Positions 9,795-19,350 of a stretch of DNA of 64,000 nt are shown here, in pieces; within the stretch, counting starts at the first letter, position 1, and each line of letters begins with the position of its first letter. The stretch is from an uncultured Eubacteriales bacterium. Its GTDB lineage: Bacteria; Bacillota; Peptococcia; Peptococcales; SKKY01. The notes beneath the pieces are model-generated. The model was not told the DNA's origin and made no database searches. It saw only the letters and a list, made by a program, of their open reading frames with translations. Made by a program: the position numbers and the translations under genes. The DNA lies in contig CAZXPJ010000007.1 of assembly GCA_964642925.1 (NCBI GenBank), positions 10,664 to 74,663 of the forward strand, written 5' to 3'.

Positions 9795-10064
9795 CTATTT
9801 TATAAATTTTGATAGAATATCCATTAACTCTTCAACACTTTCATTTTGTTCATAACCTTCAAAAGAATTTTTTAAACATTCTTGTGCATGTTTTTCAAAA
9901 ATAATAGTGCCTACTTTGTTGACAGCTGATTTAATTGCTGCTATTTGAATTAACACATCAGAACAAGAAGCTTCATTATCAATCATCTTTTGAACTCCCC
10001 GAACTTGTCCTTCTATTTTCCTTAATCTAGTTTGAATCTTTTTACTTTCTTCATTCTCATTCAT
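9795..10064 (-). CDS. CsoR/RcnR (DUF156) family transcriptional repressor
   Basis: [36 protein letters not shown]; x-C-H-C fingerprint. Confidence 0.92.
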   Translation of the reverse strand: MNENEESKKIQTRLRKIEGQVRGVQKMIDNEASCSDVLIQIAAIKSAVNKVGTIIFEKHAQECLKNSFEGYEQNESVEELMDILSKFIK

Positions 10065-10068
10065 CTTT

Positions 10069-10087
10069 TATACCCCCATACGGTATA
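10069..10087. promoter_or_regulatory. Putative CsoR-family operator
   Basis: TATACC-CCCATAC-GGTATA: AT-rich inverted repeat around a C/G tract, the known CsoR/RcnR operator layout; overlaps the predicted start site and the GGGGGT RBS. Confidence 0.75.
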
Positions 10088-10093
10088 TTACTA

Positions 10094-10122
10094 ATGATAC
10101 AATCCTTCTTTAAATTTGTCAA
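10094..10122 (-). promoter_or_regulatory. Sigma-A promoter of the csoR-like/trxA unit
   Basis: TTGACA (10122-10117), 17 nt spacer, TATCAT (10099-10094). Confidence 0.8.
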
Positions 10123-10808
10123 TAATTTATAATATCATTTATTACTTTTTCAGCAAGTTTCAAACCACCTTGGGCTGGTACAAAAGAAATTGAAGATATT
10201 ATTTTATCATTTACAATAATATCTGGATGAACTGGAGAAAAAAGAACTTGTACCCCTTTGTAAATAAAATCCTCTTTTAATTTCTTTCTCAACTTTCTAG
10301 CCAAAGGGCAACCATAGGTTTTACTTATATCTGATATTATATAATCTTTAAATACAGTTCTATTTCCTGTCCCCATACTTGAAATTATTCGCAAATTATT
10401 TTTTACACAATATTTTATTATAGCTCTTTTCCCTTTAATATCATCTATTGCATCAATAACATAGTCCGTATCAAGAGGAATAAAATTAGATACATTTTCT
10501 TCTCCTACTTTATCTGGAAAGACTGTTACCTTTATATTTGGATTTATTTTTTTTATTCTATCTTCTGCACTGTTAACTTTATATTCATCAATAGTATCCA
10601 TAGTGGCAATTAGTTGACGATTTAGATTTGTAATATTAATCGTATCATAATCTATTAAAATTACTTCTCCCACTCCAGCTCTTACAATTGCCTCTAAAGA
10701 ATAGGAGCCTACACCACCAACTCCAAAAATAACTATTTTAGAATTTATTATTTTATTAATTTTTTCTTCTCCTAAAAGAATCCTAGTCCTTGTTAGAAAA
10801 TCTTCCAT
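10119..10808 (-). CDS. tcdA: tRNA threonylcarbamoyladenosine dehydratase (ThiF family, YrvM-like)
   Basis: IFGVGGVGSY, TNLNRQL, YVIDAIDD, SSMGTG, CPLARKLR; usual position after aspS-6S RNA. Confidence 0.88.
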   Translation of the reverse strand: MEDFLTRTRILLGEEKINKIINSKIVIFGVGGVGSYSLEAIVRAGVGEVILIDYDTINITNLNRQLIATMDTIDEYKVNSAEDRIKKINPNIKVTVFPDKVGEENVSNFIPLDTDYVIDAIDDIKGKRAIIKYCVKNNLRIISSMGTGNRTVFKDYIISDISKTYGCPLARKLRKKLKEDFIYKGVQVLFSPVHPDIIVNDKIISSISFVPAQGGLKLAEKVINDIINY

Positions 10809-10833
10809 ATGTATTCAACCACCTAATATAAAA

Positions 10834-11007
10834 AAACCCCGCAATGCCGTTGTCTCGTAATTATTTGAACCTGCTTATGCAGGTGGGTGTCCTCCCACTT
10901 GCTTCATAAGTCCATTTAAGGCCTTTATTCCACAAATGAAGTTAGACTCCCGTATTAAAGGTGTTGGCTCAAATAAAAAGCGAGTATACGAACATCGCAG
11001 GGTTCTT
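10834..11007 (-). ncRNA. ssrS: 6S RNA
   Basis: Ends pair (ACCCUGCGAUGUUCG with ACGGCAUUGCGGGGU); contains UUUGAGCCAACACC and GGAGGACACCCACCUGC..GCAGGUUCAAA; sits between aspS and tcdA as in many Bacillota. Ends approximate. Confidence 0.9.
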
Positions 11008-11014
11008 AATATAA

Positions 11015-11043
11015 ATTTTAGCATATTAAGTCAAATTAAACAA
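11015..11043 (-). promoter_or_regulatory. Sigma-A promoter for 6S RNA
   Basis: TTGTTT (11043-11038), 17 nt, TAAAAT (11020-11015) with extended TG. Confidence 0.6.
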
Positions 11044-11048
11044 TTAAG

Positions 11049-12827
11049 CTACTTTTGTTTTAAGTTAAGTTTTACATGTAATTCTTTAAGTTGTCTTTCC
11101 GATACTTCTGAAGGTGCATTAGTCATTAAGTCAGTAGCACTTTGAGTTTTAGGAAAAGGTATTACTTCACGGATACTATCTTTTTTAGCCATAAGCATAA
11201 CCATTCGGTCTATTCCAAAAGCAAGACCACCATGGGGAGGAGTACCATATTCAAAAGCATCCATTAAATATCCAAATTTTTCTTTTGCTTCCTCATTAGA
11301 TAATCCAAGAAGATTAAACATCTGTTCTTGTAATTCTCTTCTATAAATTCTAAGGCTTCCACCACCAATTTCAACTCCATTTAGAATCATATCATAAGCT
11401 TCAGCTCTAATTTCTCCAACTTTATTAGTTGACATTAGTTCTATGTCTTCAGCTAAAGGAGATGTGAATGGATGATGCATAGCACTATATCTTTTTTCAT
11501 CTTCATCCCATTCGAATAATGGAAAATCCACTACCCATAAGAAGTTTAATTCATCTTCATTAATTATATTTAATTTTTTTGCAATTTCAATTCTTAAATG
11601 CCCAAGACTATCCGCAACAATTTGTGGCTTATCAGCAACAAATAAAAGCAAATCTCCTGCTTTAGCTTCGAGAATATTTAATATTTCTTGTACTTCCTCT
11701 TCTTTAAAGAACTTAGTAATTGGGGATTTTATTTCATTCTCCGTAATTACCATATAGGCTAGACCCTTTGCTCCATAGATAGATGCATATTTTGTTAAAT
11801 CATCAATTTCTTTTCTAGAAAAATGCCCACAAGCTTTAGCATTAATGGCCTTAACCTCTCCGCCTTTTTTTGCAATTTCAGCAAATACTTTGAAGTCACT
11901 TCCAGCAGCAAGTTGAGTAAGATCTTTCAATTCCATTCCAAACCGAAGATCAGGTTTATCAGAACCGTATTTATCCATAGCTTCTTTATAAGTAATCCTT
12001 TTAAAAGGAACTGGAATCTCAACTCCTAAAGTTTTTTTGAATACGAAGGAAATTAAATTTTCATTTAAGGTTAAAATATCATTTTTATCCATAAAAGAAA
12101 CTTCCATATCTAATTGAGTAAACTCTGGCTGTCTATCAGCCCTCAAATCTTCATCTCTAAAGCAACGAGCAATTTGAAAGTATTTTTCATAGCCGGCAAC
12201 CATTAACAATTGTTTAAAAAGCTGTGGCGACTGAGGTAAGGCAAAAAAATTGCCTGGGTTTACTCTACTGGGCACAAGATAATCCCTTGCACCTTCAGGT
12301 GAACTTTTTGTTAAAATTGGAGTTTCTATTTCTAAAAAATCTTCTTGGTCGAGAAAATCACGAATTGCTTTTATTACTTTATGTCTTAAAATAAGGTTTT
12401 TTTGCATTTCTGGTCGTCTTAAATCTAGATACCTATATTTAAGACGTACACTTTCATCCACATCAATATCATCACTAATTGGAAATGGGGGAGTTTTCGA
12501 TTTATTCAAAACTTCAATTGAATCCACATAGATTTCCACCTTGCCAGTTTTCAACTTTTCATTATGCATTTCTTCAGGTCTTCCTTTAACAGTACCTTTT
12601 ACAGCGATTACATATTCATTTCTGATTTGCTCTGCTAAAGAAAAAATTTTTGGGCCTATGTCAGGATTAAAAACTATTTGGCATACTCCTGAACGGTCTC
12701 TTAAATCAACAAATATTAGTCCTCCATGATCTCTTCTTTTTTGAACCCATCCTGTTAAAACTACCTTTTGATTAATTAGATCCTCTTGCATTTCTATTGC
12801 TTTATGAGTTCTTTTTAACATTGTCAT
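11049..12827 (-). CDS. aspS: Aspartate--tRNA ligase
   Basis: RRDHGGLIFVDLRD, RLKYRYLDLRR, ALPQSPQLFKQ, FRDEDLRADRQPEFTQ, PPHGGLAFGIDR. Confidence 0.99.
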   Translation of the reverse strand: MTMLKRTHKAIEMQEDLINQKVVLTGWVQKRRDHGGLIFVDLRDRSGVCQIVFNPDIGPKIFSLAEQIRNEYVIAVKGTVKGRPEEMHNEKLKTGKVEIYVDSIEVLNKSKTPPFPISDDIDVDESVRLKYRYLDLRRPEMQKNLILRHKVIKAIRDFLDQEDFLEIETPILTKSSPEGARDYLVPSRVNPGNFFALPQSPQLFKQLLMVAGYEKYFQIARCFRDEDLRADRQPEFTQLDMEVSFMDKNDILTLNENLISFVFKKTLGVEIPVPFKRITYKEAMDKYGSDKPDLRFGMELKDLTQLAAGSDFKVFAEIAKKGGEVKAINAKACGHFSRKEIDDLTKYASIYGAKGLAYMVITENEIKSPITKFFKEEEVQEILNILEAKAGDLLLFVADKPQIVADSLGHLRIEIAKKLNIINEDELNFLWVVDFPLFEWDEDEKRYSAMHHPFTSPLAEDIELMSTNKVGEIRAEAYDMILNGVEIGGGSLRIYRRELQEQMFNLLGLSNEEAKEKFGYLMDAFEYGTPPHGGLAFGIDRMVMLMAKKDSIREVIPFPKTQSATDLMTNAPSEVSERQLKELHVKLNLKQK

Positions 12828-12830
12828 TCT

Positions 12831-14090
12831 TTATTGTTCCTCCTTGAGATTATTCATAAAAATAGTAAGATCTTTCTCTTCTTGAGTTCCTAAAGTCATA
12901 TCTTTTATGATTAGTGTATTTTTTTCAAGTTCATTATCACCGATAATAATTAAATTTTTTGCATTTAATTTATCTGCAGTTTTAATTCGGTTCTTAAAAC
13001 TTTTTCCTTGATAATCAGTTTCAGCATAATATGATTTTTTTCTTAATAAATTAAGTAACTTAAAGGACAATTTTTCAGCCTTATCACCCATACCAATAAT
13101 ATAATAATCTAAAGTTTTATCCGAATCTATCTTTATTTTTTTCTCTTCCATTAACATGAGTATTCTCTCTATTCCCATGGCAAAACCAATACCCGGGATA
13201 TCTCTACCACCAATTAGACTTAGAAGGCCATTATACCTTCCCCCACCACAAACTGTTCCTTGAGCTGCAAAGTCCTTTGCTATTATTTCAAAAGCTGTAT
13301 TTGTGTAGTAATCAAGACCCCTAACTAATCTAGGATTCTCTATATATTTAATGTCAGAAATTCCTAAAAATCTTTTTACCTCTTCATAATGAGGTGAACA
13401 TTCGTCACATAGATATTCAGTCATAATTGGAGCCTTCTCTGTAAGTTTCTTACAAGTTTCATTTTTACAATCAAGAATTCTTAATGGGTTTTTTTCAAGT
13501 CTATCTAAACAAGAGGAACAAAGTCTATCTTTTTTATCTTCAAAATATTCAATAAGCGCTTTTTTATAAATAGGTTTACAAGTAGGACAACCCACCGAGT
13601 TAATATGTAGTTCTAGATCTTTAAGACCTATTTCTTCTAGAATAAAAACGGCAAATTTAATAACATCTGCATCAGAAATTGCTTCATTAGTACCTAGAAA
13701 TTCTACACCGAATTGATTAAATTGTTTATATCTACCTTTTTGAGGTCTTTCATAACGAAACATTGGCCCCATATAGTACAATTTTCTTATATTTCCGTCC
13801 CCATACATTTTATTTTCTAAATATGCCCTACAAACACTAGCAGTTCCTTCAGGTCGGAGAGTAATACTACGGTCTCCTTTATCCATAAATGTATACATTT
13901 CCTTACCTACTATATCAGTAGTTTCTCCTACTCCTCTAACAAAGAGTTCAGTGTGTTCAAAAAGTGGGGTTCTAATTTCACCGTAACCATATATTTCTGA
14001 TTTTTCTCTAAGCAACTTTTCTAAATAATGCCATCTACCAATTTCTTCAGGTAAAATATCATTAGTTCCTTTAGGTTTTCTAATCTCCAT
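12831..14090 (-). CDS. hisS: Histidine--tRNA ligase
   Basis: TLRPEGTA, FRYERPQKGRYKQFNQ, LVRGLDYY, GGGRYNGL, GFAMGIER. Confidence 0.99.
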   Translation of the reverse strand: MEIRKPKGTNDILPEEIGRWHYLEKLLREKSEIYGYGEIRTPLFEHTELFVRGVGETTDIVGKEMYTFMDKGDRSITLRPEGTASVCRAYLENKMYGDGNIRKLYYMGPMFRYERPQKGRYKQFNQFGVEFLGTNEAISDADVIKFAVFILEEIGLKDLELHINSVGCPTCKPIYKKALIEYFEDKKDRLCSSCLDRLEKNPLRILDCKNETCKKLTEKAPIMTEYLCDECSPHYEEVKRFLGISDIKYIENPRLVRGLDYYTNTAFEIIAKDFAAQGTVCGGGRYNGLLSLIGGRDIPGIGFAMGIERILMLMEEKKIKIDSDKTLDYYIIGMGDKAEKLSFKLLNLLRKKSYYAETDYQGKSFKNRIKTADKLNAKNLIIIGDNELEKNTLIIKDMTLGTQEEKDLTIFMNNLKEEQ

Positions 14091-15525
14091 TTTCGAACTC
14101 CTTAAATATATTTTCTATATATCCAATTTTTTTATTTATAACATCTTCTATTTTATCATTATAATAATATAAATCTTTAGGATTAAAAACATTTTCTAAA
14201 GTTAAATCTTTTTGATTTATTAACTTACTTGTAGCCCCTACTCCAAATCCTAGTATGACCTGTCTTTCTTCAATCATTTGAATGTTATAGGCAGAATATT
14301 TTCCTTTTTTTGCAAAACCAATATTTTCTTGACCACCTACAGTTAGTTTTTGTTTATATAAATAATATGGTTCATAATTAGCAATTCTCATTTTAGAAAT
14401 AATATTATCAAAGTGTCCTGATTTTTTTAAAGATTGAATTTTATTCTCATCTAATTTCATTTTAGATTTTCTTTTAAAAGCAAGACTATGGATTGTTATA
14501 TTTTCAGGATTTAGATTTATTACTTTATAAAGACTTTCATAAAATTCTTCCTCTGAGTTTTCAATACCCATGATTAAGTCCATATTTATAATTTCAAATC
14601 CAATATCTCTAGCAATTTTATATGTTGTGAAAATATCTTCAGTTAAATGAGTCCTCCCAAGATTTTTTAGTACAGAATCCTTCATAATTTGAGGATTAAT
14701 ACTAATCCTATTTACCCCATGATTTTTTAAAAGTTTCAGTTTTTCAGCATCTATAGTGTCTGGTCGTCCTGCTTCAAAAGAAAACTCTTTTATGTAATCT
14801 AGTGTAATATAGGTATCTAAGGTTTTTAATAATCTTTCTAGCTGTTCAGCATTAAGAATAGATGGAGTTCCACCACCAATATATACTTTATCAATTGTTA
14901 AAGCTGTTTCTTTGACTTTACTTAGTACTTTCTTAATTTCGTAAATTAAATTATCTAAATAATTTGCTAGTAAATGTTCATATTTTTTTAATAAATATGA
15001 ACCGAAGGTGCAATAGGAACAAATTGAAGGGCAGAAAGGAATAGAAATATATATAGCTATCTTTCGATAGCTTTCTCTTTCTGATAAAAAATAATCTCTT
15101 TGTTTTTTTGTTATTTCTAAAATAAGATTTGCTTTATCTTTTTTTACTAGATATTCCTCTGTCAAATTTTTAAAAATTTCTTTTTCATTTAAACCTTGAT
15201 CTATCATTCTATGAACAATTTTGGTAGGTCTGATCCCTGTCATAATACCCCAGGAATCGATTTTATTACTATAATTTTTATTAATCAAAATATAAAGAAG
15301 TTTTTTTATTACTCTTTTGACATTATTGTCGGAAGAATTTTCCACAAATTCTTCCAAACAATAATTGTCTAATTCTATCTTAATTTTATTACCAATAACA
15401 GTGATCTTAATCTCAGGATATTCTTTATTTTGAAGATCTTCCCACTTATATTCTCCAAAAAATATTCTAATAACATCAAATACAACAGTCTTATACTTAC
15501 TGTTATCTTCACTTAAACTAAACAT
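14080..15525 (-). CDS. hemZ: HemZ-like radical SAM protein (coproporphyrinogen dehydrogenase family)
   Basis: GIMTGIRPTK, YISIPFCPSICSYC (CxxxCxxC), YIGGGTPS, EAGRPDTI, PYYLYKQK. Confidence 0.88.
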   Translation of the reverse strand: MFSLSEDNSKYKTVVFDVIRIFFGEYKWEDLQNKEYPEIKITVIGNKIKIELDNYCLEEFVENSSDNNVKRVIKKLLYILINKNYSNKIDSWGIMTGIRPTKIVHRMIDQGLNEKEIFKNLTEEYLVKKDKANLILEITKKQRDYFLSERESYRKIAIYISIPFCPSICSYCTFGSYLLKKYEHLLANYLDNLIYEIKKVLSKVKETALTIDKVYIGGGTPSILNAEQLERLLKTLDTYITLDYIKEFSFEAGRPDTIDAEKLKLLKNHGVNRISINPQIMKDSVLKNLGRTHLTEDIFTTYKIARDIGFEIINMDLIMGIENSEEEFYESLYKVINLNPENITIHSLAFKRKSKMKLDENKIQSLKKSGHFDNIISKMRIANYEPYYLYKQKLTVGGQENIGFAKKGKYSAYNIQMIEERQVILGFGVGATSKLINQKDLTLENVFNPKDLYYYNDKIEDVINKKIGYIENIFKEFENGD

Positions 15526-15527
15526 TT

Positions 15528-16148
15528 TTAAATAAAAGGATTAATTTGTTTTTCTGTAGCAATAGTTGTATCTGGTCCGTGTCCTGGGAAAACAACGGTT
15601 TCATCAGGAAGTTCCATTAATCTTGCTAAAGATTTAGTCATTTCTTGATAATCAGAACCGGGAAGATCAGTTCTACCTATGGAACCATAAAACAAAGTAT
15701 CTCCAGAGAAAAGGATCCCCTCTTTTTCTGAATATAATCCGATCCCTCCTGGGGTATGACCTGGTAAATATATTACTTTTAAGCTACATTTTCCAAACTC
15801 TATTAAATCTCCTTCATCAAGGAATCTGTCTGCAGCTGGACCATTACTTTCTTCCCCCGATAATATGGAAAAATTTCTTCTAGATGAAGTTAGCATATCA
15901 CTGTCTTTTTTATGAATTAAAAGATCTTTTTTTGTATATTCTTTTATTTTTTTATTCGCTCCAATATGATCATGATGACCGTGAGTGTTAATTATATATT
16001 TTACATCCATCTTGATTTTTTGAATAACACTTATAATTTGATCCCCATCTCCACCTGGATCAATAACTATTCCTTCTTTTGTATCCCCACAATAAACAAG
16101 ATAACAGTTGGTTCCAAGGGCTCCAACTTCCATTATTTTTATGTGCAT
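15528..16148 (-). CDS. MBL-fold metallo-hydrolase (glyoxalase II-like)
   Basis: THGHHDHIG, PGHTPG, SGDTLF, PGHG. Confidence 0.9.
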   Translation of the reverse strand: MHIKIMEVGALGTNCYLVYCGDTKEGIVIDPGGDGDQIISVIQKIKMDVKYIINTHGHHDHIGANKKIKEYTKKDLLIHKKDSDMLTSSRRNFSILSGEESNGPAADRFLDEGDLIEFGKCSLKVIYLPGHTPGGIGLYSEKEGILFSGDTLFYGSIGRTDLPGSDYQEMTKSLARLMELPDETVVFPGHGPDTTIATEKQINPFI

Positions 16149-16151
16149 TAT

Positions 16152-16682
16152 TTATCTCCCACTTTCAAAATATATTAAATCTTCTTCAAGATATCTCTCA
16201 ATAGCATATATTGCATCTGATAATCTATTTACATACTTTATTAATAAAGGATTTACTTCTTCTTCTCTGCTTAATTGTAATATAAGTCTTTCCGCTCTTC
16301 TTGCTACTGTTCTAGAAAAGTCTAAGTGAGCAGAAGCTAAGGTTGATCCAGCAATAATAAACTTATTAACACCATCAATTTTTGCTATGCAATTATCAAT
16401 AATATTTTCTAAATCAACTACATCACTTTCCTGCATAATATAGAACTTTTTGTCTTCTTTTCTAGTGGCTAGCTCTCCACCTACGTAAAATAATTTTCTT
16501 TGAATACCAAGTAAAAGTTCTTTCATTTCTTTATCTTCAACAATACTTCTTGCCATACCTAAAGTTGCATTCAATTCGTCAATTGTACCATAACATTCGA
16601 CTCTTAAACTATCCTTTTGAACTCTTTCTCCATCCCATAAGCTAGTCTGACCTGTATCACCAGTTTTAGTATAAATTTTCAT
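16152..16682 (-). CDS. pduO: PduO-type ATP:cob(I)alamin adenosyltransferase
   Basis: KIYTKTGDTGQT, YGTIDELN, RTVARRAER, YVNRLSD. Confidence 0.92.
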   Translation of the reverse strand: MKIYTKTGDTGQTSLWDGERVQKDSLRVECYGTIDELNATLGMARSIVEDKEMKELLLGIQRKLFYVGGELATRKEDKKFYIMQESDVVDLENIIDNCIAKIDGVNKFIIAGSTLASAHLDFSRTVARRAERLILQLSREEEVNPLLIKYVNRLSDAIYAIERYLEEDLIYFESGR

Positions 16683-16699
16683 TTTCTTACCTCCTAAGA

Positions 16700-17143
16700 T
16701 TATTTTTTACTATCAATTAATATTGTCACTGGGCCATCATTTATAAGAGATACTTTCATATCTCCTCCAAAGACTCCTGTTTCGATATTTAAACCTGTTT
16801 TTTTTAATTCTTCATTAAAAATATTATATAAATTAATTGCTTTATCTGGTTCTGCTGCTTCAACAAAACTTGGTCTTCTACCTTTTTTTGTGTCTCCATA
16901 TAATGTAAATTGAGATACAGAAAGTATATCTCCCTTTATCTCTAATACAGATAGATTCATTTTGCCAAATTCATCTTCAAATATCCGAAGATTTAGAACT
17001 TTATCTACAATATATTTAAGATCTGCTAATTCATCTTCTTTTGAAAAACCTACTAATAAAAGCAGGCCTTTATTAGCTTTCCCTACTACTTTATTATCAA
17101 TTTTAACTTCTGCTTTTAAAATTCTTTGTACAACAATTTTCAT
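16700..17143 (-). CDS. dtd: D-aminoacyl-tRNA deacylase
   Basis: [29 protein letters not shown]. Confidence 0.97.
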   Translation of the reverse strand: MKIVVQRILKAEVKIDNKVVGKANKGLLLLVGFSKEDELADLKYIVDKVLNLRIFEDEFGKMNLSVLEIKGDILSVSQFTLYGDTKKGRRPSFVEAAEPDKAINLYNIFNEELKKTGLNIETGVFGGDMKVSLINDGPVTILIDSKK

Positions 17144-17156
17144 TTTTTTATCACCT

Positions 17157-19340
17157 TTAGTTAGTTTTTACTCTCCTAACTTCAATTACATCTTTTATAG
17201 CTTTTATTTGATCCATTACTTTATATAGTTGATCAAGGCTATTTATATCTATATTTATAGTTACATAGGAACTTCCATCTTTTGAGCGTCCATTAATATT
17301 GCTAATGTGAACTTTTAAATCATTAATAGTAGACATTATTTCTGCAGTAATTTTAGGCCTATCTAATGCAATTATTTCAATTTCTACTTGATAAACAGAT
17401 TTTACCTCCGCATCCCAAGCAGCTTCTACAAGCCTTTCAGGTTCATTCAATTCATAATCTCTAACATTAACACAATCCTGCCTATGAATTGATACCCCTC
17501 TACCTCTAGTTATATAACCTACTACCTTATCACCAGGTAAAGGATTACAACATTTACCAAATCTTACTACTACCCCATCAATATCTTTAACTCTAATTCC
17601 CTTAGCACTTTTTCCGAGTGCTGAAGGTTTCACTGTTTTTAAATCTGTTTTTATATCATCTATGTTAATTTCTTTAATTACTTTGCCTGGTTCTTTAATA
17701 ACAGTTTTTAATTTTAAGATAATTTGATTTGGACTTATTCCCCCTTCACCAACTCCAACAAACATATCTTCAACTGTCTTAAAACCTAATTTGTCTACTA
17801 CTAATTCCAATGATGAGTTTTTTAAAAATTTTTCTGAGTTTAATTCTAATTTCTTTACTTCTTTTTCAAACATTTCTTTACCTTTTTCAAGATTTTCATC
17901 TCTATTTTCTCTTTTAAACCATTGGCGTATCCTATTTTTAGCTTGAGAAGTTTGAGCAATTTTTAACCAATCTCTAGAAGGACCATGAGCTTGTTTAGAT
18001 GTCATTACTTCTATAATGTCTCCAGTTTTAAGCTTATAATCGATAGTAACAATTTTACCATTAATTTTAGCCCCAATACACCTGTGGCCTACGTCTGTGT
18101 GAACTAGATAAGCAAAATCAATAGGGGTTGAACCCCGAGGTAATTCAAACACATCACCTTTTGGAGAAAAGACAAATACCCTATCTGAAAAAAGATCAAT
18201 TTTTACGGTTTCTACAAATTCTTTAGAATCTTGAAATTCATCTTGCATTTCTTTGATATTTTCTAGCCATGCTAATTCACTAATTTTTTTATCTTGTGAT
18301 TTGTTACCCTCTTTATATAACCAATGAGCCGCAATACCATATTCTGCTGTAAAATGCATATTCCAAGTTCTAATTTGAATCTCTATAGGAACCCCAGTCT
18401 TACCTATAACTGTAGTGTGCAGTGATTGATACATGTTTGGCTTAGGCATTGCTATATAGTCTTTGAAACGACCTGGAATAGGTTTCCAAAGAGTATGAAT
18501 TATCCCTAAAATACCATAACAATCTCTTACTGAGTCACAAATAATTCTTACAGCTACAAGATCATAAATTTCGGATAATTCCTTACCCTTATTTTCCATT
18601 TTTTTATATATAGAATAAAAATGTTTCGGTCTACCACTTATATCTACTTTTATATCTAATTCATCTAACTCTTTTTTTAGAACAGATATAAGTTCATTTA
18701 TATAATCAATACGCTCTTCTCTTTTCATTTGAATCTGTTCAACTAAATTATAATATTTGTCTGGATATAGATAACGAAGACAAAGATCTTCTAATTCCCA
18801 TTTTAATTTAGACATCCCTAATCTATGAGCTATAGGGGCATAAATCTCAAGAGTTTCCTTTGCTGTCTCCCGCTGCTTCCAGAAACTTTGATACTTTAAA
18901 GTTCTCATATTATGAAGACGATCAGCTAATTTAATAATAACCACACGAATATCATTAGCCATCGCTAGGAACATTTTTCTGTAATTTTCTACCTGCCGAT
19001 CTTCTTTAGAAATATATTCAATTCTGCTTAGTTTAGTAACACCATCTACAAGATATGCTACTTCATCCCCAAACAGCTCTTTTATTTCTTCTAGTGTTAC
19101 ATCTGTATCTTCTACAATATCATGAAGAAGAGCAGCTGTTAGAGTAATCTCATCTAATCCCAAATCCAGAAGGATTTCTGCCACAGAGAGAGGGTGTATA
19201 ATATATGGTTCTCCTGATTTTCTTATTTGTCCATCATGAAATTTATTTGCAAAATTAAAAGCTTTTACAATTAATTCAATATCATATTCAGGATGCTTTT
19301 TTAATATTTTTTCTTTTAGATCCAAAAAAGAATTAATCAA
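17157..19340 (-). CDS. relA: Bifunctional (p)ppGpp synthetase/hydrolase Rel
   Basis: HD motif [43 protein letters not shown] and ACT domains. Confidence 0.98.
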   Translation of the reverse strand: MINSFLDLKEKILKKHPEYDIELIVKAFNFANKFHDGQIRKSGEPYIIHPLSVAEILLDLGLDEITLTAALLHDIVEDTDVTLEEIKELFGDEVAYLVDGVTKLSRIEYISKEDRQVENYRKMFLAMANDIRVVIIKLADRLHNMRTLKYQSFWKQRETAKETLEIYAPIAHRLGMSKLKWELEDLCLRYLYPDKYYNLVEQIQMKREERIDYINELISVLKKELDELDIKVDISGRPKHFYSIYKKMENKGKELSEIYDLVAVRIICDSVRDCYGILGIIHTLWKPIPGRFKDYIAMPKPNMYQSLHTTVIGKTGVPIEIQIRTWNMHFTAEYGIAAHWLYKEGNKSQDKKISELAWLENIKEMQDEFQDSKEFVETVKIDLFSDRVFVFSPKGDVFELPRGSTPIDFAYLVHTDVGHRCIGAKINGKIVTIDYKLKTGDIIEVMTSKQAHGPSRDWLKIAQTSQAKNRIRQWFKRENRDENLEKGKEMFEKEVKKLELNSEKFLKNSSLELVVDKLGFKTVEDMFVGVGEGGISPNQIILKLKTVIKEPGKVIKEINIDDIKTDLKTVKPSALGKSAKGIRVKDIDGVVVRFGKCCNPLPGDKVVGYITRGRGVSIHRQDCVNVRDYELNEPERLVEAAWDAEVKSVYQVEIEIIALDRPKITAEIMSTINDLKVHISNINGRSKDGSSYVTINIDINSLDQLYKVMDQIKAIKDVIEVRRVKTN

Positions 19341-19350
19341 GATATCACCC

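Noticed and set aside
10936-11145. 69-aa plus-strand ORF across the aspS-tcdA gap
   Set aside because: Overlaps the 6S RNA and the aspS 3' end on the opposite strand; the gap is fully explained by ssrS and its promoter
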